Below are positions 36,580 to 49,066 of a DNA stretch of 64,000 nt, piece after piece. A program made the translations under genes and the position numbers. The stretch's first letter is position 1. Each line of letters begins with the position of its first letter. The notes beneath the pieces were generated by a model. That model saw only the letters and a program-made list of their open reading frames with translations. It made no database searches and had not been told where the DNA came from. The stretch is from Macrostomum hystrix (lineage: Eukaryota > Animalia > Platyhelminthes), in assembly GCA_950097015.1 (NCBI GenBank), contig CATNEN010000028.1:1025043-1089042 (forward strand), written 5' to 3'.

Positions 36580-39500
36580 CTAGCACTGATCATATGCACT
36601 CCTGTTGCAGTAGTGGAACTAGCACTGATCATATGCAATCCTGTTGCAGTAGTGGAACTAGCACTGATCATATGCAATCCTGTTGCAGTAGTGGAACTAG
36701 CACTGATCATATGCAATCCTGTTGCAGTAGTGGAACTAGCACTGATCATATGCAATCCTGTTGCAGTAGTGGAACTAGCACTGATCATATGCAATCCTGT
36801 TGCAGTAGTGGAATTAGCACTGATCATATGCAATCCTGTTGCAGTAGTGGAATTAGCACTGATCATATGCAATCCTGTTGCAGTAGTGGAACTAGCACTG
36901 ATCATATGCAATCCTGTTGCAGTAGTGGAACTAGCACTGATCATATGCAATCCTGTTGCAGTAGTGGAACTAGCACTGATCATATGCAATCCTGTTGCAG
37001 TAGTGGAACTATAGCACTGATCATATGCAATCCTGTTGCAGTAGTGGAACTATAGCACTGATCATATGCAATCCTGTTGCAGTAGTGGAACTATAGCACT
37101 GATCATATGCAATCCTGTTGCAGTAGTGGAACTAGCACTGATCATATGCAATCCTGTTGCAGTAGTGGAATTAGCACTGATCATATGCAATCCTGTTGCA
37201 GTAGTGGAACTAGCACTGATCATATGCAATCCTGTTGCAGTAGTGGAACTAGCACTGATCATATGCAATCCTGTTGCAGTAGTGGAACTAGCACTGATCA
37301 TATGCAATCCTGTTGCAGTAGTGGAATTAGCACTGATCATATGCAATCCTGTTGCAGTAGTGGAACTAGCACTGATCATATGCAATCCTGTTGCAGTAGT
37401 GGAACTAGCACTGATCATATGCAATCCTGTTGCAGTAGTGGAACTAGCACTGATCATATGCAATCCTGTTGCAGTAGTGGAACTAGCACTGATCATATGC
37501 AATCCTGTTGCAGTAGTGGAACTAGCACTGATCATATGCAATCCTGTTGCAGTAGTGGAACTAGCACTGATCATATGCAATCCTGTTGCAGTAGTGGAAC
37601 TAGCACTGATCATATGCAATCCTGTTGCAGTAGTGGAACTATAGCACTGATCATATGCAATCCTGTTGCAGTAGTGGAATTAGCACTGATCATATGGAAT
37701 CCTGTTGCAGTAGTGGAACTAGCACTGATCATATGCAATCCTGTTGCAGTAGTGGAACTAGCACTGATCATATGCAATCCTGTTGCAGTAGTGGAACTAG
37801 CACTGATCATATGCAATCCTGTTGCAGTAGTGGAACTAGCACTGATCATATGCAATCCTGTTGCAGTAGTGGAATTAGCACTGATCATATGCAATCCTGT
37901 TGCAGTAGTGGAACTAGCACTGATCATATGCAATCCTGTTGCAGTAGTGGAATTAGCACTGATCATATGCAATCCTGTTGCAGTAGTGGAACTAGCACTG
38001 ATCATATGCAATCCTGTTGCAGTAGTGGAACTAGCACTGATCATATGCAATCCTGTTGCAGTAGTGGAACTAGCACTGATCATATGCAATCCTGTTGCAG
38101 TAGTGGAACTATAGCACTGATCATATGCAATCCTGTTGCAGTAGTGGAACTAGCACTGATCATATGCAATCCTCTTGCAGTAGTGGAACTATAGCACTGA
38201 TCATATGCAATCCTGTTGCAGTAGTGGAACTAGCACTGATCATATGCAATCCTGTTGCAGTAGTGGAACTAGCACTGATCATATGCAATCCTGTTGCAGT
38301 AGTGGAATTAGCACTGATCATATGCAATCCTGTTGCAGTAGTGGAACTATAGCACTGATCATATGCAATCCTGTTGCAGTAGTGGAACTAGCACTGATCA
38401 TATGCAATCCTGTTGCAGTAGTGGAACTAGCACTGATAATATGCAATCCTGTTGCAGTAATGGAACTAGCACTGATCATATGCAATCCTGTTGCAGTAGT
38501 GGAACTAGCACTGATCATATACAATCCTGTTGCAGTAGTGGAACTAGCACTGATCATATGCAATCCTGTTGCAGTAGTGGAACTATAGCACTGATCATAT
38601 GCAATCCTGTTGCAGTAGTGGAACTAGCACTGATCATATGCAATCCTGTTGCAGTAATGGAACTAGCACTGATCATATGCAATCCTGTTGCAGTAGTGGA
38701 ACTATAGCACTGATCATGTGCAATCCTGTTGCAGTAGTGGAACTAGCACTGATCATATGCAATCCTGTTGCAGTAGTGGAACTATAGCACTGATTATATG
38801 CAATCCTGTTGCAGTAGTGGAACTAGCACTGATCATATGCAATCCTGTTGCAGTAATGGAACTAGCACTGATCATATGCAATCCTGTTGCAGTAGTAGAA
38901 TTAGCACTGATCATATGCAATCCTGTTGCAGTAGTGGAACTAGCACTGATCATATGCAATCCTGTTGCAGTAATGGAACTAGCACTGATCATATGGAATC
39001 CTGTTGCAGTAGTGGAACTAGCACTGATCATATGCAATCCTGTTGCAGTAGTGGAACTATAGCACTGATCATATGCAATCCTGTTGCAGTAGTGGAACTA
39101 GCACTGATCATATGCAATCCTGTTGCAGTAGTGGAACTAGCACTGATCATATGCAATCCTGTTGCAGTAATGGAACTAGCACTGATCATATGGAATCCTG
39201 TTGCAGTAGTGGAACTAGCACTGATCATATGCAATCCTGTTGCAGTAGTGGAACTATAGCACTGATCATATGCAATCCTGTTGCAGTAGTGGAACTAGCA
39301 CTGATCATATGCAATCCTGTTGCAGTAGTGGAACTATAGCACTGATCATATGCAATCCTGTTGCAGTAGTGGAATTAGCACTGATCATATGCAATCCTGT
39401 TGCAGTAGTGGAATTAGCACTGATCATATGCAATCCTGTTGCAGTAGTGGAACTAGCACTGATCATATGCAATCCTGTTGCAGTAGTGGAACTAGCACTG

Positions 39501-39921
39501 ATCATATGCAATCCTGTTGCAGTAGTGGAACTAGCACTGATCATATGCAATCCTGTTGCAGTAGTGGAACTAGCACTGATCATATGCAATCCTGTTGCAG
39601 TAGTGGAACTAGCACTGATCATATGCAATCCTGTTGCAGTAGTGGAATTAGCACTGATCATATGCAATCCTGTTGCAGTAGTGGAAATAGCACTGATCAT
39701 ATGCAATCCTGTTGCAGTAGTGGAATTAGCACTGATCATATGCAATCCTGTTGCAGTAATGGAACTAGCACTGATCATATGCAATCCTGTTGCAGTAGTG
39801 GAACTAGCACTGATCATATGCAATCCTGTTGCAGTAGTGGAACTAGCACTGATCATATGCAATCCTGTTGCAGTAGTGGAACTAGCACTGATCATATGCA
39901 ATCCTGTTGCAGTAGTGGAAT
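36580..39921 (+). repeat. 39-bp satellite (GCACTGATCATATGCAATCCTGTTGCAGTAGTGGAACTA), ~85 copies with occasional 41-bp (+TA) units
   Basis: Direct reading; the +TA units explain the frame switches in the ORF track. Confidence 0.98.
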
Positions 39922-40519
39922 AATCAGAACCGATTGAATTCAATTATTTCACTAATAGAATAAAAACCGAAATCACGAGACACAAGACAAAGACAGCAAT
40001 TCAAAGCGATGTATTTCTGCTAAACTAAACAGAACGATTAAAGTAAACAAAATGTACTTTCGCAGTTTATTTCATAAACAGTGTAACTCTCCACATATCT
40101 GCAGTTTTATTATTATTGTAGTGAACTAACAACTAGCCGACACCGTGAATCAATTGTTTATTTTGTGAACTTTTGAAGTAAACCAGAAGAACAAATCATA
40201 GATAATGAGTAATGTGTTAGATTCCTCTTGCAATATAAACTGTTAATAACCTAGGGACAGGGTTGGAGCTATTGGTAGGTAGTTTAGAAATAACGAAAAA
40301 CGAATGCCTATCAAGATAGACGATGCATCTTGTGTTTTAGACACCAACTAGTAAAACAGACACCGCAACCAAAAATATTATAAGTCTGATACGCCTGAAT
40401 CTATCTGCTAGACAGCTAGAGTAACTAGCAAAGTTAACTGGAAAGTGTTAAATAGTTGTTGTTCTGTTGAATTCTGGAATAAACAAATCAATCTAGACTC
40501 TCCTGCTCCCCCCCTTTAA

Positions 40520-40775
40520 CTAGGCCCTAACTAAGCAGCTCTCGGATTGAAAGCTCATCTGGATGGCGCAGTGAGGAAACGAGTGCCGCATCTGGTGCAC
40601 CTTGTCCTTGTTGATGCCGGCGCAGAAGCTCACGTCGAATAGTTCAAGTTTAGGGCACGACTGCAGCACCTCGATCAGGATGTTGAACGTGACTTGATTG
40701 GTGCCGAGAATGTCCAACTGCTGCAGCTGCTTGCAGTGCATGGCTATGGCCTTCAGATCCGTGTCGCATACCGTT
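40520..40775 (-). CDS. FBXL4: FBXL4-like F-box/LRR protein, last exon
   Basis: ccgcag|A ACG GTA; TVCDTDLKAIAMHCKQLQQLDILGT...LELFDVSFC...SF matches FBXL4 SVCDTD...LQQLDILGT...LDVSFC. Confidence 0.93.
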
Positions 40776-40815
40776 CTGCGGAAGGCGAACAGTTAAAGGA
40801 CTTTAACTCCAGGAT

Positions 40816-41683
40816 CCATTCCAGCCCTTCTCAACCCTCAGTCTCCATTCCAGCCCTTCTCAACCCTCAGTCTCCATTCTAGCCCTTCTCAATCCTCAGT
40901 CTTCATTCCAGCCCTTCTCAACCCTCAGTCTCCATTCCAGCCCTTCTCAACCCTCAGTCTCCATTCCAGCCCTTCTCAACCCTCAGTCTCCATTCCAGCC
41001 CTTCTCAATCCTCAGTCTTCATTCCAGCCCTTCTCAACCCTCAGTCTCCATTCCAGCCCTTCTCAACCCTCAGTCTCCATTCCAGCCCTTCTCAACCCTC
41101 AGTCTCCATTCCAGCCCTTCTCAACCCCAGTCTCCATTCCAGCCCTTCTCAACCCTCAGTCTCCATTCCAGCCCTTCTCAATCCTCAGTCTTCATTCCAG
41201 CCCTTCTCAACCCTCAGTCTCCATTCCAGCCCTTCTCAACCCTCAGTCTCCATTCCAGCCCTTCTCAACCCTCAGTCTCCATTCCAGCCCTTCTCAATCC
41301 TCAGTCTCCATTCCAGCCCTTCTCAACCCTCAGTCTCCATTCCAGCCCTTCTCAACCCTCAGTCTCCATTCCAGCCCTTCTCAACCCTCAGTCTCCATTC
41401 CAGCCCTTCTCAATCCTCAGTCTCCATTCCAGCCCTTCTCAATCCTCAGTCTCCATTCCAGCCCTTCTCAACCCTCAGTCTCCATTCCAGCCCTTCTCAA
41501 CCCTCAGTCTCCATTCCAGCCCTTCTCAACCCTCAGTCTCCATTCCAGCCCTTCTCAACCCTCAGTCTCCATTCCAGCCCTTCTCAACCCTCAGTCTCCA
41601 TTCCAGCCCTTCTCAACCCCAGTCTCCATTCCAGCCCTTCTCAACCCTCAGTCTCCATTCCAGCCCTTCTCAACCCTCAGTCC
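40816..41683 (+). repeat. 29-bp C-rich minisatellite (CCATTCCAGCCCTTCTCAACCCTCAGTCT), ~30 copies, FBXL4 intron
   Basis: Direct reading. Confidence 0.96.
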
Positions 41684-42445
41684 CACCAATGCCTCAGACT
41701 CCATCCCACCAATTCCTCAGACTCCATCCCACCAATTCCTCAGACTCCATCCCACCAATTCCTCAGACTCCATCCCACCAATTCCTCAGACTCCATCCCA
41801 CCAATGCCTCAGACTCCATCCGAACAATGCCTCAGACTCCATCCCACCAATGCCTCAGACTCCATCCCACCAATTCCTCAGACTCCATCCCACCAATTCC
41901 TCAGACTCCATCCCACCAATTCCTCAGACTCCATCCCACCAATGCCTCAGACTCCATCCCACCAATTCCTCAGACTCCATCCCACCAATTCCTCAGACTC
42001 CATCCCACCAATTCCTCAGACTCCATCCCACCAATGCCTCAGACTCCATCCCACCAATGCCTCAGACTCCATCCCACCAATTCCTCAGACTCCATCCCAC
42101 CAATTCCTCAGACTCCATCCCACCAATGCCTCAGACTCCATCCCACCAATTCCTCAGACTCCATCCCACCAATTCCTCAGACTCCATCCCACCAATTCCT
42201 CAGACTCCATCCCACCAATTCCTCAGACTCCATCCCACCAATGCCTCAGACTCCATCCGAACAATGCCTCAGACTCCATCCCACCAATTCCTCAGACTCC
42301 ATCCCACCAATTCCTCAGACTCCATCCCACCAATGCCTCAGACTCCATCCGAACAATGCCTCAGACTCCATCCCACCAATTCCTCAGACTTCATCCCACC
42401 AATGCCTCAGACTCCATCCGAACAATGCCTCAGACTCCATCCCAG
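41684..42445 (+). repeat. 23-bp C-rich minisatellite (CACCAAT(T/G)CCTCAGACTCCATCC), ~33 copies, FBXL4 intron
   Basis: Direct reading. Confidence 0.96.
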
Positions 42446-42481
42446 CCTCGACAGCCTTAACAATAAGCCAGAGACACTCGC

Positions 42482-42905
42482 CTGTTAGCAGTGAGGAACA
42501 GCTTCCTGAGATTGCAGCACTGACTGGCCAGCCTGAGGAAGCAGCCTGAGCTGGACTCAACCCGGGAGCACCAGCCCAGGTCCAGCTCTTCCAGCATGGC
42601 GCAGCCTTCAGCCAATTGCAGCAGGCCGCGACTATTCAAACTGCCGCTGCGCCAGAAGTCAACGGAGCGCAGATCCGGACAATGGCGAGCCAGAGCCGCG
42701 GCGACCGGATTGAAATCGGCGACCCTGGCGCAGGAGCTCAAGCGGAGGCGCAGCAAGCCCGGATTGGCTGCGATGAGCTCAAGCAGAGCCGACTGGCCAA
42801 TGCCCGAGCGGCTGAGGTCCAGGCGCTGGAGGCGGGTCAGGCCCACAGACAGGGCGGCGAAGCCGGACTCGGTGGCCGGCGCGACGCAGCCGGACAGGTC
42901 GAGAT
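42482..42905 (-). CDS. FBXL4: FBXL4-like LRR exon (ends at a GC donor)
   Basis: ccgcag|AT CTC GAC; LEELDLGWCSRVESSSGCFLRLASQCCNLRKLFLTANR matches FBXL4 LEELDLGWC..LQSSTGCF.RLA..LPNLQKLFLTANR; donor AG|gcgagt. Confidence 0.95.
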
Positions 42906-42944
42906 CTGCGGCGAGAGACAAGCCAAGGTGCCTTTGTCTAAAAT

Positions 42945-43440
42945 CTTACCATAACCAGCGAAATCTCCTATTCTACAATCTTCGCACAACCAGATAAATC
43001 TCCCATTCTAGAATCTTCCCATCAGCAGCGAAATCTCCCATTCAAGAACCTTCCCATAATGAATGAAATCTCCTATACAAGAATCTTCCCATAATAAATG
43101 AAATCTCCCATTCTAGAATCTTCCCAAAATGAATGAAATCTCCCATTCAAGAACCTTCCTATAATGAATGAAATCTCATATTCAAGAATCTTCCCAAAAT
43201 GAATGAAATCTCCCATTCAAGAACCTTCCTATAATAAATGAAATCTCAAATTCAAGAATCTTCCCAAAATGAATGAAATCTCCTATTTTACAATCTTCCC
43301 ACAACCAGATAAATCTCTCATTCTAGAATCTTCCCATCAGCAGCGAAATCTCCCATTCTAGAATCTTCCCAAAAGCTACGAAAAATCCCAATCTAGAATC
43401 TATAATCTAGAATCTATAATCCCATAATCTACGAAATCTG
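42945..43440 (+). repeat. Degenerate ~34-bp minisatellite (GAAATCTCCCATTCTAGAATCTTCCCATAAT..), FBXL4 intron
   Basis: AAATCTCCC and GAATCTTCCC recur. Confidence 0.85.
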
Positions 43441-43513
43441 GCACTCTAGAATATTTTCATAGCATTAAAAATCTCCCATTGTCAATCATTCCCATATTCG
43501 AATCCAGGCTGAC

Positions 43514-43937
43514 CAGTGAGTGCGCGGCAATGCGAGCCGATAGCGGCCAGGCACGCGTCGTCAAGGAAGCGACAATTGGCCAGCCGCAGATCCGTCAACA
43601 GCCGAGTGCCCAGCAGGAAACTGCAGAATGCGCCGGGACTGATGCCGCCATCCGTGCCGCACCAGGCCATGTCAAGGCCGGTGAGGCGGTCCCTGCGATC
43701 CTGCAGCATCGCCAAACTGTCGTCGCAGACGCGCAGGGAATGCGGCCGCAGACGCAGGCTGGTGTTGAGCAGAGGATCTCGGCAGTGCCGGCGAAGCAGG
43801 CGGCAGGTACCGCCTAGGCGCAGCAGGGATAGAAGGTCCAGCTGGCCAAGGATGCGCAGCAGCAGTTCCGGAGGGCAGGCGCCGAACCAGCCGGCAGAGT
43901 CGTAGGCGACAATGTCTAGGCAGAAATCTTCCGACAT
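43514..43937 (-). CDS. FBXL4: FBXL4-like F-box exon (start Met inferred)
   Basis: GWFGACPPELLLRILGQLDLLSLLRLGGTCRLLRRHCRDPL (F-box; FBXL4 GYFDKLPYEL...CCDPL); donor ACT G|gtcagc. Confidence 0.9.
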
Positions 43938-46900
43938 CTTCTAATACAATTATTGTTGTTTTTGATGCTATTGTTGTTTGCGGTTTCAATTTAGATCTCG
44001 AATTGAGTAACAATGGCAACGATTTGAATAACAATAATAACTGTCTGTTGCGATGCCGATGGTTTAATTTAGCATCGAATGCTGCTCTGCTGAGAACAGA
44101 TTCAAGGAGGCCGCTGCCCTGGTGGCTGGCCGACAGCTTGATAATTTGTTTAGCAGTTAATTGGCTGCATGTTGCAAACGATTGCTGCTGCTGCTGCTGC
44201 TGATTAGGCGGCTGCTGCTGCGGCAATAATGGTCTGCTCTGGAAGAGCTCGCCTTGTCTGTTACACCTCAGCTGCTGCTGCTGCTGATATTTCGCCTCCC
44301 TGTGGTCTATCGGCTTTGCCTTAGACAACCAGGGCTGGGTAGTACAGCTAGTGTTGTTCGGGCTTTGGGACTTCTGCTCGACTGGGCAGCACTAGGATGT
44401 AATGAGAGATATAAATAATTTCAAGAGCTTGATATTCGTGCAAATATTTATTCATTATGGATACCAAAAAAATAATAAGAGCCTCATATTTTTATTCACT
44501 TAGACCTAGAGCTTAGTAGCTAGAGCTAAATAAAACTATTTTGGCTATCACATAGCTATGTACATAGCTAGAGCTAAATAAAACCATTTTGGCTATCACA
44601 TAGCTATGTACAACTATGAAAAGTAAAAATAGAAAAGAAAATTTATTTTTTGTTTTTTTTAACTGAACCAAGCTATTTATAGTCAAGAAGCCTAGAAATA
44701 GGCCTAATATTTAGCATTCCCCCATATAGATGTACAACTTGACATAGACGTGAAAACTTGAAGGGTGGGATAAGGATATAGAGGTGCTTTTGTGCTTGCT
44801 TTGTTTGTAATAAAGTGAGGGTGGGGTAGTGGGGCAGATGTGTGAATACGCTTCACACTCTAAATTATCAAAGAGAGGTGTCAAAACTGATTTCATTATA
44901 GGAGTTGAAAGATACGTGCCAACGCGATGTGGGGAGGGGTGGTTCTGTTCTAACTTTGAAAACTTTTGTTTTATAGATGACGAAGTGTCCACAAGTCTAA
45001 GTCACTTTGTCATCTACCCTCTGAGATATTGGACAGATTGTCATCTGGATGACAAAGTTGTAAGATGAAGAAGTGTCAAGGTACCAAATTTAGTTATTAC
45101 CTGTTTTCTAGTTATGCTTTTGGTGGTTTTTTGAATTTGATAGTAAAAATATTTATCAAGTTATCAAATAACTAGTTTCTAATAAAATTCTATGTTTATA
45201 CTATTGGGTCCATAACAGAACCAAAAGTCAAAATTAGAACTTTTTTAAATAAAATTGAAATAAAAAGTCTATGTTTTCAGTTAGACTTAAAATTATCATA
45301 CCATTAGAATAAGTTAATAGCATGACTACAAGTAGCTATTGTATTGAGAATTAGGTCAGAAGAATATGATTTCTTTTGACTAACTAAGATCTAAAAAGTT
45401 ATTTCTCAAAAACTTCATGTTTTTTTGTTTAAAGTTGCGAATACCAATTAATGAGAATGATAGCAAAGCTAAGGAATAAAAATGAGCTAAACTAGACTTA
45501 CAACGAAGCAACATCTAAAAAGAGCTAGGTCCATATGGCTAAGGTATTGTCTGACCTCCTAAACATTTAGATAGACTTTACAAAGTAAAAATTACACTCA
45601 ACGTGGTAAGAACTGTTAACTTACACGATAGTAACCACGTGATGTGTGACGGGTGTCACTAAAAGTGTTATTATTGTAATTGAAGTCTCTTGGTTCGTGC
45701 TCCTGAATTTGGATTTCTTTGTCAAAAGCTTTAGCAAGGCGAAGTGTAGTTGCAAAAAAATAAGAAATTTTTGGATGCTTAGCAAGCTGCTTGCCCATGA
45801 ATGAAAGCCATGTTTAAACGATTTGAAAGGGGATTAACCCAAAGTTGAGAAAGAAAGGAAAACAATTGAAAGTCTAACCTTTTAGAAAATTGCACCGAAG
45901 CAGAAATTCGAACTGAGTGCTGTATTGCATCACGCAAAGACTACGTCACACTAAAACAAAAAAGACACATTTGGCCGCAAAAATCAGTTTTCTCGAATAA
46001 ATTATAGAAAACTAGATAAAAGAAAGCAAGAATTTAGTTAACTGAGCTGTGCTATGCGCTTTTATTTATAATAGAGCGCATATTATAATAAAATAAAATA
46101 TTTATAAAATTATTATAAAATTTATTTATAATAGAGCGTTCTTGTTGTGCAAGAACAAGGCTGGGCTGAAGCTAACAAAAAATTGAGTTCATAAAAATAC
46201 AAGCAAGTACAAGTATCATTTTTAATTGTATTTGCACCGTCTCTCAATAAAATAGAACGATTAAAGCTACACATTGGAATCTGCAAATTGGACTCTCCTG
46301 AGATCTCCTTCCTCACCTCTCCTCATATGCAAAAAACAGCTTACTTTTCAGGTAAATCAGCCCTTGATTCTCTTCTCGGAAATTGTGAGCTTCTAAAACT
46401 TAAAAAACTCCGCTGCATGTGCTGAAATCTATTGCACGGAAGTTTTTTCAATACATTTTTATTCTCCTCTTTTTCTGCTCATGCAAGCAGCCAACGCGCT
46501 CGCAGCCACTTCGTGCCTCGAGGACGAGTAGCTGACATAAGAGTATGAGCTTAAAGTACACGTGTGAACAGGCACATTGTGGTCAAGCTACTTGCGCTTT
46601 CATTATCCTCTTTCAGGGGGTCGCCTCAGACAACTGCTCGATGGGCCGACCTAAAATTTTTTTTGACCACAGTTGGCGAATGTTTGCCTACAAACTGTCC
46701 AAACAATGCTTTGAGGGCCGCGTGAGACGACCGCACGGAGGTAGTAATCCCTAAGGGAGCAAAATCATAAAGACGTATTGTGGAGCGAAACTATAGGCCA
46801 AGAAAAAACCAATGCGTATGCAGACACTGATTTATAAGCTAGCTTTGGGGAGTTGAGATTGCACTGCTTATCCACCCCCAGCTCTCGTAGAGTAGACAAA

Positions 46901-47042
46901 TAGACAAATAGAGATTAAAAGGAATTTCTTGGATAATTTTCTTTTAGAATAAAATATACTTTAGGAGCCAAACTAAGGGCGAACACACATAAACAGCCGG
47001 GAGGCATCAATTCAGGATCAAGGATAGAGAGAAGCAGCTTTT

Positions 47043-47500
47043 ATGCAGGTACGAAAAATGTCGGCAGTTAACGAGCAACCCCAGCAGCAGTTCGACCTGG
47101 CGCTGCGATTCGCCATCAGGAAGAACCGCCTGGCCAGGGTGCGCGCCTGGTTCCAACGACGCCATCTGGAACCATCACCGGGTCGCGAAGACTGCATCAA
47201 TAGTCCGCTGGTGTACGCCGTACTCTTGCGTCGTCCAGACATTGTTGCCTACCTGGTACGCGAGCAGTCGATGCGGATACCGATGCCGCATCCGTCAACC
47301 TGCGGCTGCATTCTCTGCTGTCGAGTGAGCACAGATCCCAGATTTGCTCAGGTGTACACTCGTCGAGTCCTAATGGCCCTCGTGTCGCCAGTCTACATCT
47401 GCTCGCTGGATTGCGATCCGTTGGACTATTACCTGGATTGTTTTAGAAGAATTTGCGAACTCCGGCGAACTGTGATGCGGCACAGTCGAACTCATTTCAG
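47043..47500 (+). CDS. Divergent TRPC-like cation channel, exon 1 (ankyrin-like repeats and TRP_2 Zn motif); start may be 47043 or 47058
   Basis: PLVYAVLLRRPDIVAYLV (ANK), PMPHPSTCGCILC (TRPC H-C-C-C motif), LVSPVYICSLDCDPL (TRPC LASPS.I...EDP); donor AG|gtgaga. Confidence 0.85.
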
Positions 47501-48600
47501 GTGAGATCTTGATTCAGGAGTAGAAGGACGGGAACTATGTTTCTAAGAAAATGTTTAGAAGGCCGGTATTCGTAAAAAATACACTAGGGAATGTTTTACT
47601 TCTTGACAAGCGTTATTTCTGAAAACATTAATAGTCTCGTTATCTTCTTGTTATTCTCTTTTCTCGATCTGCATACCCTCGAATGGGCATAAAAACGGCC
47701 CATTCTATCTTATTGTAAGTGAAGTTTGCTTAGAATCCAGACCTTAGTTAATTTAGCCAGTGTAAAGAAAAAGTATGAAAAAAAATTAGAAAGAAGAAGA
47801 AGAAGAAGAAATGCAGGAAATATGTTTTTTTATATGGCTGTCCATTTTTTAACCTTCATTTGAACACCCGGCCAACGAAAGAAATTTTACGCAATGTTTC
47901 TCAGCTTTGCTGATTTGAATTTTCCTAAACAACTCAATGAGTGCAGGCCAGAGATTTGGTCACGTGTACTTTTAGCAAATTTAGTATTACTATCGAGTGA
48001 GACGAGTTAAAAAATTGTTTATCAACAGAGATTTTAGATCAGATTATCGGTAAAAAAATCAAGAGATAAGGCCCAAGCCAAGTGATCTAGAAGTGATTTA
48101 GTCTGCAATTTAGATTTACAATTAGTTACAATGTAGGCCGTGTCTGTTTTCAAGTGGGATTTGTATTACAATGAACTTCTCTGTAACCGCTAAATTACTA
48201 GATTAATATATATAATACTGCTGAGAAGCTTCTTATCTTGAGCAGTCGGCGACAGGAAAGAGAGAGCAGGGGCAGATTTTTTATCTGTTTAGTTTTGACT
48301 CTCAAAATGGACAGCAACGACAGTCTATAAATATATTTATTGCACGAGTTCAAAGTCCAGAGCTACTGTAGAATTAAAAAAAGTGAAGTTACTGCTGAGT
48401 GAATCGTTAATTCTTATAATGCCGTTTATTAAAGTCCGTTAAGGTTGTTATTATTATTTTTAATTCGTTAATTTATTTCCGTTGAGTTAATCAACAATTT
48501 TAACTTCGTTAGTTGAAATCTGTCGATTTGATCGTCGCTTTTAAATTCGATACTTAAACTATAAATATTTTCTACTCTAAGATTCGTTTATTCAAGTAGT

Positions 48601-48829
48601 TGAAGTCTGTTAGCTGTTCGTACAGATGTTCAGTCCATGGACTGGGTGGGACGCCACACCCACCCTCAGTTACTCCAGCTAACGCTGGTACCCATTTAAC
48701 AGCTGGGTGAACTCTAAAATGCAGTGTTAAGTGTCTTGCTAAAGGGCACAAATTGTTCCAGTGGACTCAGGAATCGAACCCCCGACCTTCAAGTCGTGAA
48801 TGCGACGCTCCAACCACAAGGCTACAACC
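48601..48829 (-). mobile_element. tRNA-derived SINE family B with a CORE/Meta-like central domain, TRPC intron 1
   Basis: Minus strand: TAGCCTTGTGG A box, perfect B box GGTTCGATTCC, then GTGCCCTTTAGCAAGACACTTAAC...CACCCAGCTGTTAAATGGGTACC. Confidence 0.85.
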
Positions 48830-49066
48830 TCTCTTCTTCTTCGCTAGCTTTATTTCTAAAATTTAATTTCAAAGAGTTTAACAATCGCTTCTTGTTTTCG
48901 TTACAAACGGAATAACTTACTAACAATCGTGTGTCCCCATTTGAATAAACAATCAGAATCTTTTCTTTCTCGGGCGTCAGATATCACTGTGAAGTGCAAA
49001 CAATGCGACCCGCGGACGCTCATTGAAACGACACCATTTAGTAAAAATCATCACATTATTTTGCAG

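Noticed and set aside
36558-39943. Many 100-335-aa ORFs in the 39-bp array
   Set aside because: Repeat artefacts: open on several frames and both strands, with frames switching at the +TA units.
41689-42549. Pro-rich ORFs of 212-286 aa
   Set aside because: They lie in an FBXL4 intron on the opposite strand, and all three frames give the same periodic peptide from a 23-bp unit.
48760-48829. tRNA genes at 6837, 34904, 48760 and 54635
   Set aside because: A/B boxes are present, but acceptor and anticodon stems do not pair and the heads continue into shared repeat bodies, so they are SINE heads.
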